The notes beneath the pieces are model-generated. The model saw only the letters and a list, made by a program, of their open reading frames with translations, was not told the DNA's origin and did no database searches. A program made the translations under genes and the position numbers. 64,000 nucleotides of DNA from Patescibacteria group bacterium (GTDB lineage Bacteria > Patescibacteriota > Minisyncoccia > Phycocordibacterales > UBA1550): positions 48,746-112,745 of the forward strand of contig JBBTUT010000002.1 of assembly GCA_038063615.1 (NCBI GenBank), given 5' to 3'. Position 1 is the first letter of the stretch. Each line of letters starts with the position of its first letter. Shown here one piece after another: positions 8,633 to 17,077 of the stretch.

Positions 8633-9235
8633 TTCAAGTTTTTGATGTTCGAGCCGTTCATAATAAGAGGTAATGAGTTTCTGAAGCAAAATGAATCCTA
8701 CCACGAAAACCACGATGAGCAAAACGAAGTGCGACGCTTTTCTCGTAAAGACGACCGCGGCATGCCCAAACATATAGCCCGCAACCGCATAGATAGCCAC
8801 CCATGCGAACGAAGCAATCGCTTCCGCTTTCATAAAAAGCGGGAACGATATGCGGAGAACCCCCGATAGCACCAGCACCGCATGGTTTACGCCGTAGATA
8901 AACTTGGAAAGGAATATCGAGAGGAACGGCTTTTCACGAAATCGCGGTAAGAAATAGAAGACGCTTTTTTCTGCAAAACGAGCGATGTACGCGAGCTTTT
9001 CCATCCGCGCGATGAACATGCCGAAAACATACCAAAACGCATCACCCAAAAGCACACCGACGAATGCGACCCAGAGTACATCGCCGAAATCAAGAGCGCG
9101 CAAGCTCGCGAGCATTCCCGCGATGATCAAAAACGCCTCCCCCTCTATGAGCATCGCTACAAAAAGAGCGCCATACGCCAAAAAGCGATGGTCTTGGACA
9201 AGCGGGATAAAAAAGTCAATGGATTGCTCGAGCAT
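8624..9235 (-). CDS. DedA-family (VTT/SNARE-associated) membrane protein
   Basis: AMLIEGEAFLIIAGMLAS is the DedA motif, with multiple transmembrane segments. Confidence 0.6.
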   Translation of the reverse strand: MLEQSIDFFIPLVQDHRFLAYGALFVAMLIEGEAFLIIAGMLASLRALDFGDVLWVAFVGVLLGDAFWYVFGMFIARMEKLAYIARFAEKSVFYFLPRFREKPFLSIFLSKFIYGVNHAVLVLSGVLRISFPLFMKAEAIASFAWVAIYAVAGYMFGHAAVVFTRKASHFVLLIVVFVVGFILLQKLITSYYERLEHQKLESR

Positions 9236-9238
9236 AAT

Positions 9239-9580
9239 TTAATCTTGAGAGAGAAGTTTGTCCGCGATAAAGCCAGCTACTGAAACAACGAGCGACCCCA
9301 AAAGTGCCGGCACGAATCCAGAAACATGGACACCTGTTATGAATGAGCCGATCCCCCAAAAGAGGAGCGCGTTGATGACGAACGAAAAAAGTCCGAGCGT
9401 GAGGATATTGACCGGTAAAAGGATGATGTTGAGAATCGGACGCACTGTGAGCATCACGAGCCCCCAGAAAAACGCGATAATGAGCGCAGTTGTGAACGAA
9501 GCGATACTGATACCGTCGATAACGCTCGGCAGAGCGAGGAATGCGAGTGCGACGAGGATCCATTTTGCAAGAAGCCGCAT
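9239..9580 (-). CDS. Small 3-4 TM membrane protein, YvlD/DUF360 (phage-holin-4_2-like) family
   Basis: LIIAFFWGLVMLTVRPILNIILLPVNILTLGLFSFVINALLFWGI closely resembles B. subtilis YvlD-type proteins. Confidence 0.5.
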   Translation of the reverse strand: MRLLAKWILVALAFLALPSVIDGISIASFTTALIIAFFWGLVMLTVRPILNIILLPVNILTLGLFSFVINALLFWGIGSFITGVHVSGFVPALLGSLVVSVAGFIADKLLSQD

Positions 9581-9590
9581 AAAAAATAAA

Positions 9591-10601
9591 CTATGCTTGG
9601 GGAATAAGATTTTTTATCTCACCATTGCTGAACGCAGTGACATTTTCGACCGTCGTGTCGAGGATGCGCTTGATCGCCTCTTCGGTATTGAATGCATTGT
9701 GCGGTGCGATGATCGCGCGCGGATGCTCGATCAAATAGTGATTGGCGAGTGTGGTTTTCAAGCTTGCTTCGTTCGGATGCGCGCTGAAAAGCAATCTCGT
9801 CTCGTCTTCGACAAAGCCCTCTTCTTCGAGCACATCGAGGCCGACGCCGAGGAGGATCCCCTCGCGGAGGCCTTTCACGAGCGCTTCCGTTTCTACGAGC
9901 GCGCCGCGTGCGGTATTGATGAGCACGCTCCCCCTTTTCATTTTTGCGATATTGTCGACATTCAAAATATGATGAGTTTCCTTCATATAAGGAAGATGCA
10001 CACTCACGATGTCGGACTGAGCGAGGAGGTCGTCGAACGATACATACGAAAAGCCGAGCTCTTGCGCGAGGTTGTCTTTCGGGTGCGCATCGAATGCGAT
10101 GACCTTCATATCAAATCCTTTCACCATTTTGATCATATGCACACCGATGCGCCCCGTGCCGAGAATGCCGATTGTCTTCCCCTTGAGGTCGAAACCGCGA
10201 AGCCCCGCCTGCGAAAAGAGCCCCTCTTCTTGAACTTTTTTCACGCACTCATACAGTTTGCGTGAGACCATGAGGAGGAGCCCGACCGCAAACTCGGCGA
10301 CAGTGTTTTCTCCGTAACCGGGAACGAACGAAACTGTGATCCCGCGCGCCTGCGTTTCAGTACGGTCGATGTGGTCGTACCCCGTCGAGCGCGCCGCGAT
10401 GTGTTTCAGGTTCGGGAACCGGTCGAGCTCCGTTTTTCCAACGGGAGAATTCACGAACACCGAGAGCACTTCCGCTTGCTCATCGCGCATATCCGGATAG
10501 TCGGTGGTGATGCCTTTCAAAAAAGTTATCTCGTGCCCAACAAGGCGCTCCTTCACATACCCCGCCTCCCAATCTTCATTGTAAAAATATATGATTTTCA
10601 T
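9591..10601 (-). CDS. D-isomer-specific 2-hydroxyacid dehydrogenase (glycerate/hydroxypyruvate reductase or D-lactate dehydrogenase-like)
   Basis: GILGTGRIGVHMIKMVKGFDMKVIAFD NAD-binding motif, and the catalytic region VSVHLPYMKETHHILN ... NTARGALVE. Confidence 0.8.
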   Translation of the reverse strand: MKIIYFYNEDWEAGYVKERLVGHEITFLKGITTDYPDMRDEQAEVLSVFVNSPVGKTELDRFPNLKHIAARSTGYDHIDRTETQARGITVSFVPGYGENTVAEFAVGLLLMVSRKLYECVKKVQEEGLFSQAGLRGFDLKGKTIGILGTGRIGVHMIKMVKGFDMKVIAFDAHPKDNLAQELGFSYVSFDDLLAQSDIVSVHLPYMKETHHILNVDNIAKMKRGSVLINTARGALVETEALVKGLREGILLGVGLDVLEEEGFVEDETRLLFSAHPNEASLKTTLANHYLIEHPRAIIAPHNAFNTEEAIKRILDTTVENVTAFSNGEIKNLIPQA

Positions 10602-10702
10602 CCCGTTAGAAGTTTAATTGATAAAATTTACTACAAAAATGATTTAACCTATTATTTGTTTCCTTACCATCTTTAAAAACTCTCGGGAAACTTCTAATGG
10701 GA
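10602..10702. repeat. MITE-like cassette, copy 2. About 101 bp, arms cccgttagaagttt / aaacttctaatggg, abutting the start codon of the 2-hydroxyacid dehydrogenase.
   Basis: Same arm sequence as copy 1 with one mismatch, and a similar interior (tgattta-cc...atttgtttcctt...ggaaacttcta). Confidence 0.5.
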
Positions 10703-10742
10703 TTCATAAAATTAACTTACTATGTAGTACATTGTACCACAA

Positions 10743-12014
10743 TCACGCCGTCAGCGTAAAATACCAATCCGACACATTCGCGCCTGTGCGCCCCGTGTCG
10801 ATATGCGAGCCGACTTTTTCGAAAAATGCATACGACTGACTCTCGGCGATTGCCGTCTTTGGGTCCACACTTATTTCCTGCGCGCGGAGCAAAACCTCCG
10901 TATCGCCAAGAGCTCCCGCGAAAGGCGTATTGTCCCATCCGTCCGATGTTGCCGCGACGACAACGACCCCTTCGCGCATCGCTCCAAGCGCGCCGAGTAC
11001 GACCTCGAGGCACCGCCCGCCCTTGCCCTCTCCTTTCACCGTCACCGTAGTTTCCCCGCCAAACAAACGACATGTTTTCGGGGCGACCGCATCACGCGCG
11101 AGCATTTCACCCACTTCGCGCGCCTCACCCTGAAGTTCCGCATTCTCTATTTTCGTACCATACCCAAGCTTCTCTGCCGCGCTTTTCATCGCGTCAAGCG
11201 CCTTCATATTGGTCACAAATAATATGTTGCGGACTCGTTCAAAGTAGCGATCTTCCTTTGGGGTCTCCAGAAGATTGGGAATGTTCGTGATTCCATACTT
11301 TTCCAAGACAGCGCGCGCATCGTCGACGGTAGTCTGATCAAGGACCGTCGGTCCGGACGCCACCGTCCCCATATCGTTTCCCGGCACATCGGAAAAGATA
11401 AGCGCCGCCACAATCGCCGGATACGCGAGTTTTGCAAATTGTCCGCCCTGTATTTGAGATGTGTGCTTCCGCACCGTGTTCAATTCGACGATGGTCGCTC
11501 CTTTGTCCATGAGCGTTTTTGTCACCGTCGCGAGATTGTCACAAGAAATATCGTACGGCAAACACAAGAGCGACGACGCACCGCCCGATATCACCGTAAT
11601 CAACAGGTCGCGCTCGGTGAGCCCTTCGAGAAGTTTTGCGATCGATTTCGTCGCTTCAACATTCGCCTCTGAGGGGAACGGGTGCGTGCCGATGTGCGAG
11701 CGCAGTTTTTGCAGTGGCGCCCCGCGCACATCGAGGATGATGCCGTCCGTGAGCCACCCGTGAAGCTTCTCTTCAAACACTTCTCCCGCATCAAACGCGC
11801 ATTTCCCGATCCCGACAAAAAAGATGCGCTCGTACGCATTGAGCGCGAAAAATTGCTCGCCGATCCTCAAAAATTTCCCATCGACCTCTACTTGCGACCG
11901 CACCACCTCTTTGGTCAAGACCGCTTGATACCCCGCCTCAAGGATCTCAAGCGCATCGCGCCGAAGCCCCGTCGTCGCAAGCTCATCGGCATTTTTGATG
12001 ACAGAGAAAGACAT
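10743..12014 (-). CDS. Glycerate 2-kinase (MOFRL family)
   Basis: GGETTVTVKGEGKGGRCLEVVLGA and VISGGASSLL, with typical MOFRL length and architecture. Confidence 0.75.
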   Translation of the reverse strand: MSFSVIKNADELATTGLRRDALEILEAGYQAVLTKEVVRSQVEVDGKFLRIGEQFFALNAYERIFFVGIGKCAFDAGEVFEEKLHGWLTDGIILDVRGAPLQKLRSHIGTHPFPSEANVEATKSIAKLLEGLTERDLLITVISGGASSLLCLPYDISCDNLATVTKTLMDKGATIVELNTVRKHTSQIQGGQFAKLAYPAIVAALIFSDVPGNDMGTVASGPTVLDQTTVDDARAVLEKYGITNIPNLLETPKEDRYFERVRNILFVTNMKALDAMKSAAEKLGYGTKIENAELQGEAREVGEMLARDAVAPKTCRLFGGETTVTVKGEGKGGRCLEVVLGALGAMREGVVVVAATSDGWDNTPFAGALGDTEVLLRAQEISVDPKTAIAESQSYAFFEKVGSHIDTGRTGANVSDWYFTLTA

Positions 12015-12148
12015 AATCGTAATTTATGCTATTATACTTTGAATTACAAAGCTCGTCGAGGCGTGCTGTTTTGAGGGGGTTTCGAGCGTGACGACGCGAG
12101 AACTTCAGACTTTTTTAAGCTTCAAAAAAGTCGTACCCTCAAAATAGC

Positions 12149-13429
12149 ATGCCGAGTAAGAGTTTTGAAATTCAAAGTTCCACTCTCATGATCGAGACAT
12201 TTTTCGACAGCATCCTCTATACATTCCTCTTTGTCACCCTCTACCTCGAGGTGTTTTTCCTCATCACCTTTTTCGAAGAACGATTGAAGCTTGCCGTAAA
12301 ATCCTCAAGCGCAAAACTTTCCTACTACCCATCGACCACCATTATCGTCCCCTGCTGGAACGAGGAAAAAACTGTTTCAAAAACAGTAGACTCGCTCCTC
12401 GGCTTGCACTATCCAAAAGACAGACTGCAAATTTTCATCATTGACGACGGCTCGACCGATAGCACTTGGGAAGTCATCCAAAAATTTGCAGATAATCCTC
12501 AGATCAAACTTTTCAAAAAAGAAAACGGTGGGAAACATACCGCGGTCAATCTCGGTATCGAAAATTCCACGAGCGAGCTCATCGGATGTCTCGACGCAGA
12601 CTCTTTCGTAGATAAAAACGCGCTCCATGAAATAGCGCGCGCCTTCAATGAAGACCCGCACATGATGGCTGGAATTCCTACAATTATAATCCATGAGCCA
12701 AAAACGATTCTCCAAAAAATGCAGAGAACAGAATACCACAACATCGCATTTTTTAAGCGTATGCTTTCACCACTTGATGCAATCCACATCACTCCTGGAC
12801 CATTTTCATTTTTCCGCCGTGAAGTGTTCAAAAAGATCGGCCTTTTCAAAAAGGCGCACAATACTGAGGATATGGAGTTGGCGCTTCGTATGCAAAAACA
12901 TCACTTGCGCATCAGGAGTGTGCACACCGCCCTCGTTCACACCACCTCCCCGGAAACACTCTACAAGCTCTACCGCCAACGACTTCGCTGGGCATATGGC
13001 GGAATGAAAAACACCCTCGACTATCGCTTTATGATGTTCCGCCGAGAATACGGCATCCTTGGGATGATTACGCTCCCCCTTTCATTTTTCGGCGTCTTCA
13101 TTTTTCTCTATAATTTCGGCTTTGTCGCATTCCATGCCACGCGCACCATTGCCGACAAAGCACTCCAAATAAGCACGGTGGGGATCTCGTTCGCACTCCC
13201 GCGCTTTGACTCATTCTTTTTCAACACAAACTTTATGGCAATTCTTTCCTATGTCTTTCTCGGACTCGGGCTCGTCATCATTTGGAATGGCACCAAGCTC
13301 GCCGAGGGTCGTTTCCGCCCCAGCATGGGCATCTTTTATTACATCTTCCTTTATGGTATTGTGGCACCAATCTGGTTCACCCGCGCGGTCATCAATCTAG
13401 TCTTTTCCCGTGGAACCAAGTGGCGATAA
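12149..13429 (+). CDS. Processive family-2 glycosyltransferase (PgaC/NodC/cellulose-synthase-like) with N- and C-terminal TM helices
   Basis: IIVPCWNEE, IFIIDDGSTD, CLDADS (DXD) and the QRLRWAYGG (QxxRW) motif. Confidence 0.75.
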   Translation: MPSKSFEIQSSTLMIETFFDSILYTFLFVTLYLEVFFLITFFEERLKLAVKSSSAKLSYYPSTTIIVPCWNEEKTVSKTVDSLLGLHYPKDRLQIFIIDDGSTDSTWEVIQKFADNPQIKLFKKENGGKHTAVNLGIENSTSELIGCLDADSFVDKNALHEIARAFNEDPHMMAGIPTIIIHEPKTILQKMQRTEYHNIAFFKRMLSPLDAIHITPGPFSFFRREVFKKIGLFKKAHNTEDMELALRMQKHHLRIRSVHTALVHTTSPETLYKLYRQRLRWAYGGMKNTLDYRFMMFRREYGILGMITLPLSFFGVFIFLYNFGFVAFHATRTIADKALQISTVGISFALPRFDSFFFNTNFMAILSYVFLGLGLVIIWNGTKLAEGRFRPSMGIFYYIFLYGIVAPIWFTRAVINLVFSRGTKWR

Positions 13430-14135
13430 TATGAGAGCAAAAATAGAAACAAAAAAATATGTAATTGCCTTTGCCACCACCGCCACGGTGTTTTTTGGCG
13501 CGCTCCTCGTAAGCAACCGTTTTGAGGCACAAAGACTTGCTGAAATAAAAAATGTCGAGAGCAAAATTTCACTTGACATACTCTCCTCTGAAACACAGTT
13601 CGCACTTCTCAAGGAGTCCTCTTGCAAGGCAATCGATCACTCGACCACATTCTCAGAAGAGCTCAGTTCTCTTGCCGCGAAACTTTCATATATGGAAGAT
13701 AATCTGGGCGACAGCAATGCCGAGGTGATCAACCTCAAAAAATACTACTCGCTCCTCCAGATTAAAGACTATCTCTTGGTCGCGCAGGTCAAAGAAAAAT
13801 GCGGGGTCAAGCCCATCACCATCATTTACTTTTATTCGAATAAAGGCGACTGTACTGACTGCAAAAAAGAGGGCTATGTTTTAACAAAGCTGCGTGAAGA
13901 GTTCCCCGAGCTCCGTATCTATGCATTCGATTACAATCTCGACCTCTCGGCGGTCAAAACGATGAAGTCTATCCAAGGCGTCAGAAACACCCTCCCCGCC
14001 CTCGTCATCTGGGAAGAAAATTATTACGGTTTCAAGAGCACCGAGGATATCGAAAAGATCATTCCCCAGCTCAAAAAGCTCCGCGCCACCCGCGAAAAAG
14101 CCGCGACCGCGACGAGCACGAAGGGAAACAATTGA
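13410..14135 (+). CDS. Membrane-anchored thioredoxin-like (CxxC) protein. Alternative start MRAKIETKK at 13431.
   Basis: N-terminal TM helix, then ITIIYFYSNKGDCTDCKK ... LPALVIWEE, which resembles a thioredoxin-fold CxxC motif and cis-Pro region. Confidence 0.3.
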   Translation: MEPSGDNMRAKIETKKYVIAFATTATVFFGALLVSNRFEAQRLAEIKNVESKISLDILSSETQFALLKESSCKAIDHSTTFSEELSSLAAKLSYMEDNLGDSNAEVINLKKYYSLLQIKDYLLVAQVKEKCGVKPITIIYFYSNKGDCTDCKKEGYVLTKLREEFPELRIYAFDYNLDLSAVKTMKSIQGVRNTLPALVIWEENYYGFKSTEDIEKIIPQLKKLRATREKAATATSTKGNN

Positions 14136-14138
14136 CAT

Positions 14139-14231
14139 GTGACAATTGACCGTAGACACAAAAGCGCGCCCTATGGGCGCGCTTTTTAAGTTTGCATTGG
14201 TCAAATGTCAATTGTCACATGTCAATTGTCA
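14139..14231. repeat. 22 nt inverted repeats (caattgacatgtgacaattgacc / ggtcaattgtcacatgtcaattg) bracketing the bidirectional terminator. The right side also carries a tandem ATGTCAATTGTCA pair.
   Basis: Read directly from the sequence. The motif is shared with 1584-1663. Confidence 0.45.
14163..14188. terminator. Bidirectional rho-independent terminator (agcgcgccc tat gggcgcgct + TTTTT, with an A-run upstream) between convergent genes
   Basis: GC stem of 9 bp, 3 nt loop, and T/A runs on both sides. Confidence 0.75.
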
Positions 14232-14238
14232 GTTGTCC

Positions 14239-14763
14239 CTACTCCCCCCTCTCAATCAAATCCATAAACTTTAAAATCTCTTTTGTATAAGTCGGAATGA
14301 CCGATGTATTGTAGTGCCAGAGTTTCTCTTGCGTCGTCTTGTCTTTGTAGTAGCGCGCGGTGTTTGGATTGTTCCCGCCCAAATTGCGCGCCACGGTTTC
14401 GATGGCATCATCAAAACTCTTAAACTCGATGTTGCACGAGCCCCAGCCGAAAGGATTGTTGTCACAGGCAAATTTCCCGCCTGTGGACTCCTTGATCGCG
14501 ATTGCGGGCAAAAGGCGCCAATCGAGATTATTCTTCTCGGCTTCTTTTACCATCTTTGCGCCAAAGCCCTCGAGTGGCATGTCGCGCTTTGCGAAGTATG
14601 CATCGATTTTTTTTGCATGCTCGTCAGAAAGCGAGATATAGGTCCCCTGCCCCTCATTGTTCACGAGAGAGAGAAAACTGCTATGAAGCATTGCGAGCGG
14701 TGATCCGGTTGTTAAAAACGGAATGAGCACCAGCCCTCGCATGAATTGTTTTGTTTGTTCCAT
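14239..14763 (-). CDS. Secreted lysozyme-like protein, possibly glucosaminidase (FlgJ C-terminal) family
   Basis: N-terminal signal-like segment. LLPAIAIKESTGGKFACDNNPFGWG resembles the glucosaminidase core. Confidence 0.3.
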   Translation of the reverse strand: MEQTKQFMRGLVLIPFLTTGSPLAMLHSSFLSLVNNEGQGTYISLSDEHAKKIDAYFAKRDMPLEGFGAKMVKEAEKNNLDWRLLPAIAIKESTGGKFACDNNPFGWGSCNIEFKSFDDAIETVARNLGGNNPNTARYYKDKTTQEKLWHYNTSVIPTYTKEILKFMDLIERGE

Positions 14764-15168
14764 AGATAGCGGTTTAGCTCCGCAAAACTCCGTGTTGGTG
14801 TGATCCTAAAGTCTCTCTAAAGAAAAAGGCACCATATAAAGGTGCACTTAGTCTCTATTGAAGATGAGTCAATCCTAGCATAGTCGAGCTAAAAAGTCAA
14901 TGATTTTAGGGTGTTTTAAAACACTAGTTTTAGAAAATTTGTCATTATATCCTTATCCTACAATGGTATTATAGGACAGCCATTTACAAACCCAACTTGG
15001 TGTTTTGCGGTCAAAAACTGTCCTTGCGCCTGTTTTTTAACAATTTCAAAGATCCCCCCACTCACATAATTTCCAAGATACAAACCCGCACCAAAACTTG
15101 ACAAAAATTCACCAAAAAGGTAAGGTTGCCGTAGATTTTGTTTTAAATTTCCGTTTAAAGGAGGAGCC

Positions 15169-15732
15169 ATGAGGAAAATAATCACGATTTCCGGAGTTTC
15201 TTGCTCAGGAAAAACAACATTGTGTAAGTACCTGTTTTTAAGTGGAGACTGTCGTATCGTGGAAAGCGTCACCGCGAGAGCTCCTCGCGCGCGCGACCAA
15301 AACGGCGAATTCTTCTACCTTTCGAAAGAAGAATTCGCTCAAAAGGAAAGTTCGCAAGAGTTTCTCTGGGTGACTCCATGGATTCATGGTGCCCAATATG
15401 GGACGCTCAAAAAATCCATTGATGATGCCGTCGCGTCGAACAAAACCTCACTGATGGACATCACAATAGGGAGTGTCCCCGACCTCGTTGATTATGTTGG
15501 AGACAGCGCTGAAGTTATTGCTCTCCACATCCTCTCGCCGGGACCAAAGATTCTGCGAGAGCGGATGAGAAAAAGAGGAGAGACTCTCAATGATATCGAA
15601 CAAAGGATTTCTGAAGGTCAGGATTGGGATTTTCAGGCTCAGATGTTCGTGGCGGATTGTCCAATTCAATGTATCTCGAACGCGGGGACATTGATTGATT
15701 TTCTCGCCGAGGCAAAATCAAAAATTCCCTAG
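15169..15732 (+). CDS. Guanylate-kinase-like P-loop kinase, preceded by a strong Shine-Dalgarno sequence (aaaggaggagcc ATG)
   Basis: ISGVSCSGKTTL Walker A, and TARAPRARDQNGEFFYLSKEEF resembles Gmk TTRPPR..E.DG.DY.FVS.EEF. Confidence 0.55.
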   Translation: MRKIITISGVSCSGKTTLCKYLFLSGDCRIVESVTARAPRARDQNGEFFYLSKEEFAQKESSQEFLWVTPWIHGAQYGTLKKSIDDAVASNKTSLMDITIGSVPDLVDYVGDSAEVIALHILSPGPKILRERMRKRGETLNDIEQRISEGQDWDFQAQMFVADCPIQCISNAGTLIDFLAEAKSKIP

Positions 15733-15771
15733 TTCCCTAGCAAAATGCCCACTGATTTTAGTGGGTATTTT

Positions 15772-16248
15772 TTATATTAGAATATCCACCTCCTCAATAT
15801 TCTTTTCCAAAATACAATCCCCTTCCCCAAAAAGAAACCTTCCTTTGAATTTTTTGCCGGCAAAAAAGAGCGGCATCCAGTGCGGGTCATCCGGCCACAT
15901 CTCGGCAAAAGGGATCTCGTCGCGGGAGAACCACTGCGGGAGCATTTCCTCACTTTCTGTCGGCTCCCCATGATATTCGCGTGCGCGAAAGATGTGTACC
16001 TCAAGAATCTCCGGATTCCCTTCAAATTCAAAATCCATAAGCCCCGCTTTTTCAAGAATAGGTATCTCTATCCCCGCCTCCTCGCGAAATTCCCTCCGCG
16101 CCGCCTCCTCTATCGTCTCTCCATCTTCCACTTTCCCGCCAAACCCATTCCACCTCCCCGCCCCAAACCCGCGCTTCTTTTTCCCCAAAAGCACATGAGT
16201 ATCAGTATGAAGGAGGCACAAAGTTAAAACTTTTTTCTTTTGCTCCAT
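15772..16248 (-). CDS. NUDIX hydrolase (MutT/MTH1-like). Start set at MEQKKKVL.
   Basis: Nudix box GGKVEDGETIEEAARREFREEAGI. Confidence 0.8.
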   Translation of the reverse strand: MEQKKKVLTLCLLHTDTHVLLGKKKRGFGAGRWNGFGGKVEDGETIEEAARREFREEAGIEIPILEKAGLMDFEFEGNPEILEVHIFRAREYHGEPTESEEMLPQWFSRDEIPFAEMWPDDPHWMPLFFAGKKFKGRFLFGEGDCILEKNIEEVDILI

Positions 16249-16325
16249 AGTTGGTAAATATACCACGCACCCCAACACAAAACAATCCTCCCCCAAATAA
16301 TACCTCTCTCTTCCTCCACATCCGC

Positions 16326-16369
16326 CACCATTATCTATTCCAAGTCATGACTTGGAATAGATAATGGTG
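16326..16369. repeat. Perfect 44 nt palindrome, family P1, 22 nt upstream of the PaaX-like gene 1 start
   Basis: caccattatctattccaagtca|tgacttggaatagataatggtg is its own reverse complement. Confidence 0.8.
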
Positions 16370-16391
16370 TATAATACAAAGTAAATACACC

Positions 16392-16946
16392 ATGGACAAA
16401 TACGAAAAAGGCGAACTTGCAAAAGAGATACTGCTTGGCATTGCGGCTTGTGGTTTCATCGTCGCAATGGCGGCGATGCCTGGGCTCGGTAAAGTAGTGC
16501 CACTTTTTAAAAATTTCAAAAGGGCAAAAGACCGCCACCGGATAAATCAAGCATTCCAAAAACTTCAAAAAAGAAAGCTGGTAAACATTTATACAAAAAA
16601 TAGTACCGAAGTCGTAGAGATTACCGAAGCGGGAAAGAAAAAAGTTCTTGAATACAATCTTGGCGAGATGAGATTAAAAGTCCCAAAGAAATGGGATGGC
16701 TGGTGGAGAATCGTGATGTTCGACATTCCACAGCCAAAGAAGAAAGCACGCGACGCGGTGAGCTGGAAGATAAAAGAGCTTGGTTTGTACCCGATCCAAA
16801 AGTCAGTTTTTGTATCACCATACTTATGTAAAAATGAAATTGATTTTATTGGAGAATTTTTTGGAGTACGCGACCACATCATCTACATCAAAGCAAAAGA
16901 GATCGAGGGTGTACGCAAACTCAAAGAATATTTTAACCTTGAATGA
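16392..16946 (+). CDS. PaaX-family-like transcriptional regulator, paralog 1 (wHTH N-terminal domain plus PaaX_C-like WDGxW domain; short form)
   Basis: C-terminal KKWDGWWRIVMFDIPQPKKKARDAVSWKIKELGLYPIQKSVFVSP parallels E. coli PaaX WDGKWLLLL...QL.W.GFG.L. The N-terminal half parallels PaaX_N. It is 45% or so identical to the ORF at 47433..48017. Confidence 0.5.
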   Translation: MDKYEKGELAKEILLGIAACGFIVAMAAMPGLGKVVPLFKNFKRAKDRHRINQAFQKLQKRKLVNIYTKNSTEVVEITEAGKKKVLEYNLGEMRLKVPKKWDGWWRIVMFDIPQPKKKARDAVSWKIKELGLYPIQKSVFVSPYLCKNEIDFIGEFFGVRDHIIYIKAKEIEGVRKLKEYFNLE

Positions 16947-17009
16947 CGCATCGGCACCAATTGACCCCATCGCAAACAAAAACCGCAACGAGTTAACTCA
17001 GTTGTCTCT

Positions 17010-17047
17010 TGTTATCTATTTCAAGCCATGACTTGAAATAGATAACA
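17010..17047. repeat. 38 nt palindrome, family P1, one central mismatch, 63 nt downstream of the PaaX-like gene 1 stop
   Basis: tgttatctatttcaagcca|tgacttgaaatagataaca. Confidence 0.75.
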
Positions 17048-17077
17048 GGGGGAACCGACAAAAAACTAATTCCATTT

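Noticed and set aside
9258-10265. 335 aa plus-strand ORF
   Set aside because: Antisense to the clearly identifiable 2-hydroxyacid dehydrogenase and YvlD-like genes. It has low-complexity composition and no domain.
14958-15272. 104 aa minus-strand ORF overlapping the guanylate-kinase-like gene start, with a possible 70 aa form starting at 15170 that has a Gly-zipper-like segment
   Set aside because: It overlaps the well-supported plus-strand kinase gene and its SD region. There is no domain and no independent support. Probably spurious.
16392-16946. C-terminal domain of the PaaX-like proteins read as a Cas2-like nuclease (CRISPR adaptation)
   Set aside because: The hhhhFDIP...R..V...L...G...QkSVF pattern resembles Cas2, but the WDGxW motif and the N-terminal wHTH fit PaaX better. 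There is no cas1, no repeat-spacer array, and the flanking repeats are single palindromes. A distant Cas2/VapD-fold relationship remains possible but no CRISPR function is implied.
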